Below are positions 41,555-43,200 of a stretch of DNA of 43,200 nt, piece by piece. The translations under genes were made by a program, and so were the position numbers. How positions within the stretch are numbered: the first letter of the stretch is position 1; every line of letters starts with the position of its first letter. The DNA lies in the NCBI RefSeq assembly GCF_001186125.1, contig NW_014040190.1:1-43200 (forward strand). Reading direction: 5' to 3'. Source of the DNA: Sphaeroforma arctica JP610. Taxonomy: Eukaryota. Under the pieces are notes generated by a model. That model worked only from the letters and a program-made list of their open reading frames with translations. It ran no database searches and was not told the origin of the DNA.

Positions 41555-42520
41555 AAATTTATGTGCTTGGCAGCTACTTCATTGGTTCTGTTGGTGCAAT
41601 GTAACATTGTTTTGTGAACTGCTTGCTGTTTACACGGAGGAAGTTGTTTTAAATCTCCATTAGAACTATGCTTATACCGCCAAATAGAATAGCTAAGATA
41701 GTGTTTCGCCATCTCGTAGTAGAATGGAAGCTACTCCGGTGAACGCACTGAATCGTATTGCATGGGAATGAGGAACTTTATCTTTGACAATATTTACTGA
41801 CCATGTCTTTCTTACTCCTGCGCCAGAACTATGCTTATACCGCCAAATAGAATAGCTAAGATAGTGTTTCGCCATCTCGTAGTAGAATGGAAGCTACTCC
41901 GGTGAACACACTGAATCGTATTGCATGGGAATGAGGAACTTTATCTTTGACAATTTTTACTGACCATGTCTTTCTTACTCCTGCGCCAGAACTATGCTTA
42001 TACCGCCAAATAGAATAGCTAAGATAGTGTTTCGCCATCTCGTAGTAGAATGGAAGCTACTCCGGTGAACGCATTGAATCGTATTGCATGGGAATGAGGA
42101 ACTTCATCTTTGACAATATTTACTGACCATGTCTTTTTTACTCCTGCGCCACCTTGTATTCAGAGAAATTGTCGCTGTGAACAACTAGGAGTATTTTCGT
42201 GATGAGGATGAAGCCATGAAAAAAGGTCTTGCATTTCTGAGTGTTTAATAAATGTCAGTAGTTTCGTAGCCATGCTTCTTTGCTGTGGATCTAGGCGAGT
42301 ATCTGGAATTAAAAATTATCGTCCGCGTAGAAATTATAGAGCGATTGCATATGTTCAGTAGTTTTATTATGAAAAGGTGTGGCATTAGGTTCAATAGTGT
42401 TATAGTTTGAGCTGTGAATGTTAGTATCTGGAAAACTCTGAAGTGTCGTCTCGCAATCATCTGCAGTGTATGGTGAAATATGAGCGGCAGTATATGGTTG
42501 TTGGAAGAAAGGTTGTGTAC
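41555..42520 (-). pseudogene. Decayed PIF1-family (SF1B) DNA helicase of Helitron/Helentron type
   Basis: One frame gives LDPQQR (Q motif)...FL*IQGGAGVKKTW (Walker A, GKT degraded; GVRKTW in the other two repeat copies)...NAFTGVASILLRDGETLS*LF (motifs Ia/Ib). After a deletion come LFGGISIVLM/GDLKQLPPCK (motif III) and RTNEVAAKH. It has stops and frameshifts, and motif II is missing. Confidence 0.8.
41662..42150. repeat. 163-bp tandem triplication
   Basis: Near-identical units start at 41662, 41825 and 41988. Confidence 0.95.
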
Positions 42521-42529
42521 TTAGATTGA

Positions 42530-43200
42530 ATGGTAATTGATTTCGATTACCCCTTCGGATAACAATTTCTCAACTTGTTCTTTTACTACAGCTTCGTGTC
42601 TCCAAGAAACATAGTTTCTTGAAGGGCATTTTGAGCTTAGTAAAGTCTACCTTGGTTAAGTCAAGGCTGACATATCCGTCGTTAAAACGGAATTTTGCCC
42701 AATCTATGATCTTTATCTTCTTATTTACTAGAATCAGATCTATGATTTTGTCCGCAAAGTCAGGTATTAATGCCTTGACTGTGTCTGACGGGGGCTTATA
42801 TGGTTTTAGACAGTTATCGTCTGATTGATTCTTTAATGGATCTATGTTATTTGGTAAACCAGTTACGGTTATACCTAGAGTGAGTAAGTCACTCATTCCG
42901 ACTACTAAGTCCTACTTCTGTGACATCTTAACTATCACAGCTTGGGTAGTGATATTTCTATCATCAGCCAGGGAGATTTTAACATCTGTGGCCTTTGTAT
43001 CACACTTAGAAGTTTTGTCATCTGCTAAGATTAGGTGAGTAGTTTGAGTTCGCCTTTCAATGTCTTTCATTAATGCAAAGCGGTCGGATATACATGAAAT
43101 TTCTGAACCAGGATCAATCAATGCAAGGACTTTATTTCCATTGCAATGTACAGGGATTATTACACGCTCGTCTAAAGAATCGTTGTATTGTAAACTTCGA
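42530..43200 (-). mobile_element. Ty3/Gypsy-like LTR retrotransposon pol remnant: aspartic protease followed by the start of RT, truncated
   Basis: VIIPVHCNGNKVLALIDPGSEISCIS...LILADD...VKISL...*DLVVGMSDLLTLGI resembles a retropepsin with DPG at the D(S/T)G site. After a frameshift comes EAVVKEQVEKLLSEGVIE, typical of the gypsy RT N-terminus. The PR-RT order fits Ty3/Gypsy. The element continues beyond the window. Confidence 0.78.

Overview
Intron-rich eukaryotic genomic DNA with (AT)n microsatellites and two N gaps. The animal-like orthologues and intron positions suggest a unicellular holozoan such as an ichthyosporean, but this is inference. I spliced seven protein-coding genes by hand: UBC13/UBE2N (+, first exon not found, probably upstream of the window), a PduO/MMAB-type cobalamin adenosyltransferase (-), a 26/29-kDa/CfaD-type cathepsin (+), mRNA cap guanine-N7 methyltransferase (-) head-to-head with THOC5 (+), a Trm5-family tRNA methyltransferase of archaeal type (-), and a ZDHHC3/7-like palmitoyltransferase (-). 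An eighth gene is an intronless RING + ARM-like ORF followed by a decayed tandem copy. The last ~4.8 kb is mobile-element debris. It holds a + strand LTR with a tRNA-Glu-type primer-binding site. On the - strand it holds a Ty3/Gypsy protease/RT-start remnant joined to a decayed PIF1-family helicase whose Walker A region is triplicated, followed by an orphan frameshifted ORF. The most interesting items are the intron-containing Trm5 with archaeal architecture and an MPMP motif resembling Trm5a/Taw22, the cryptic PIF1 helicase collinear with retrotransposon pol, and the bacterial-looking adenosyltransferase.
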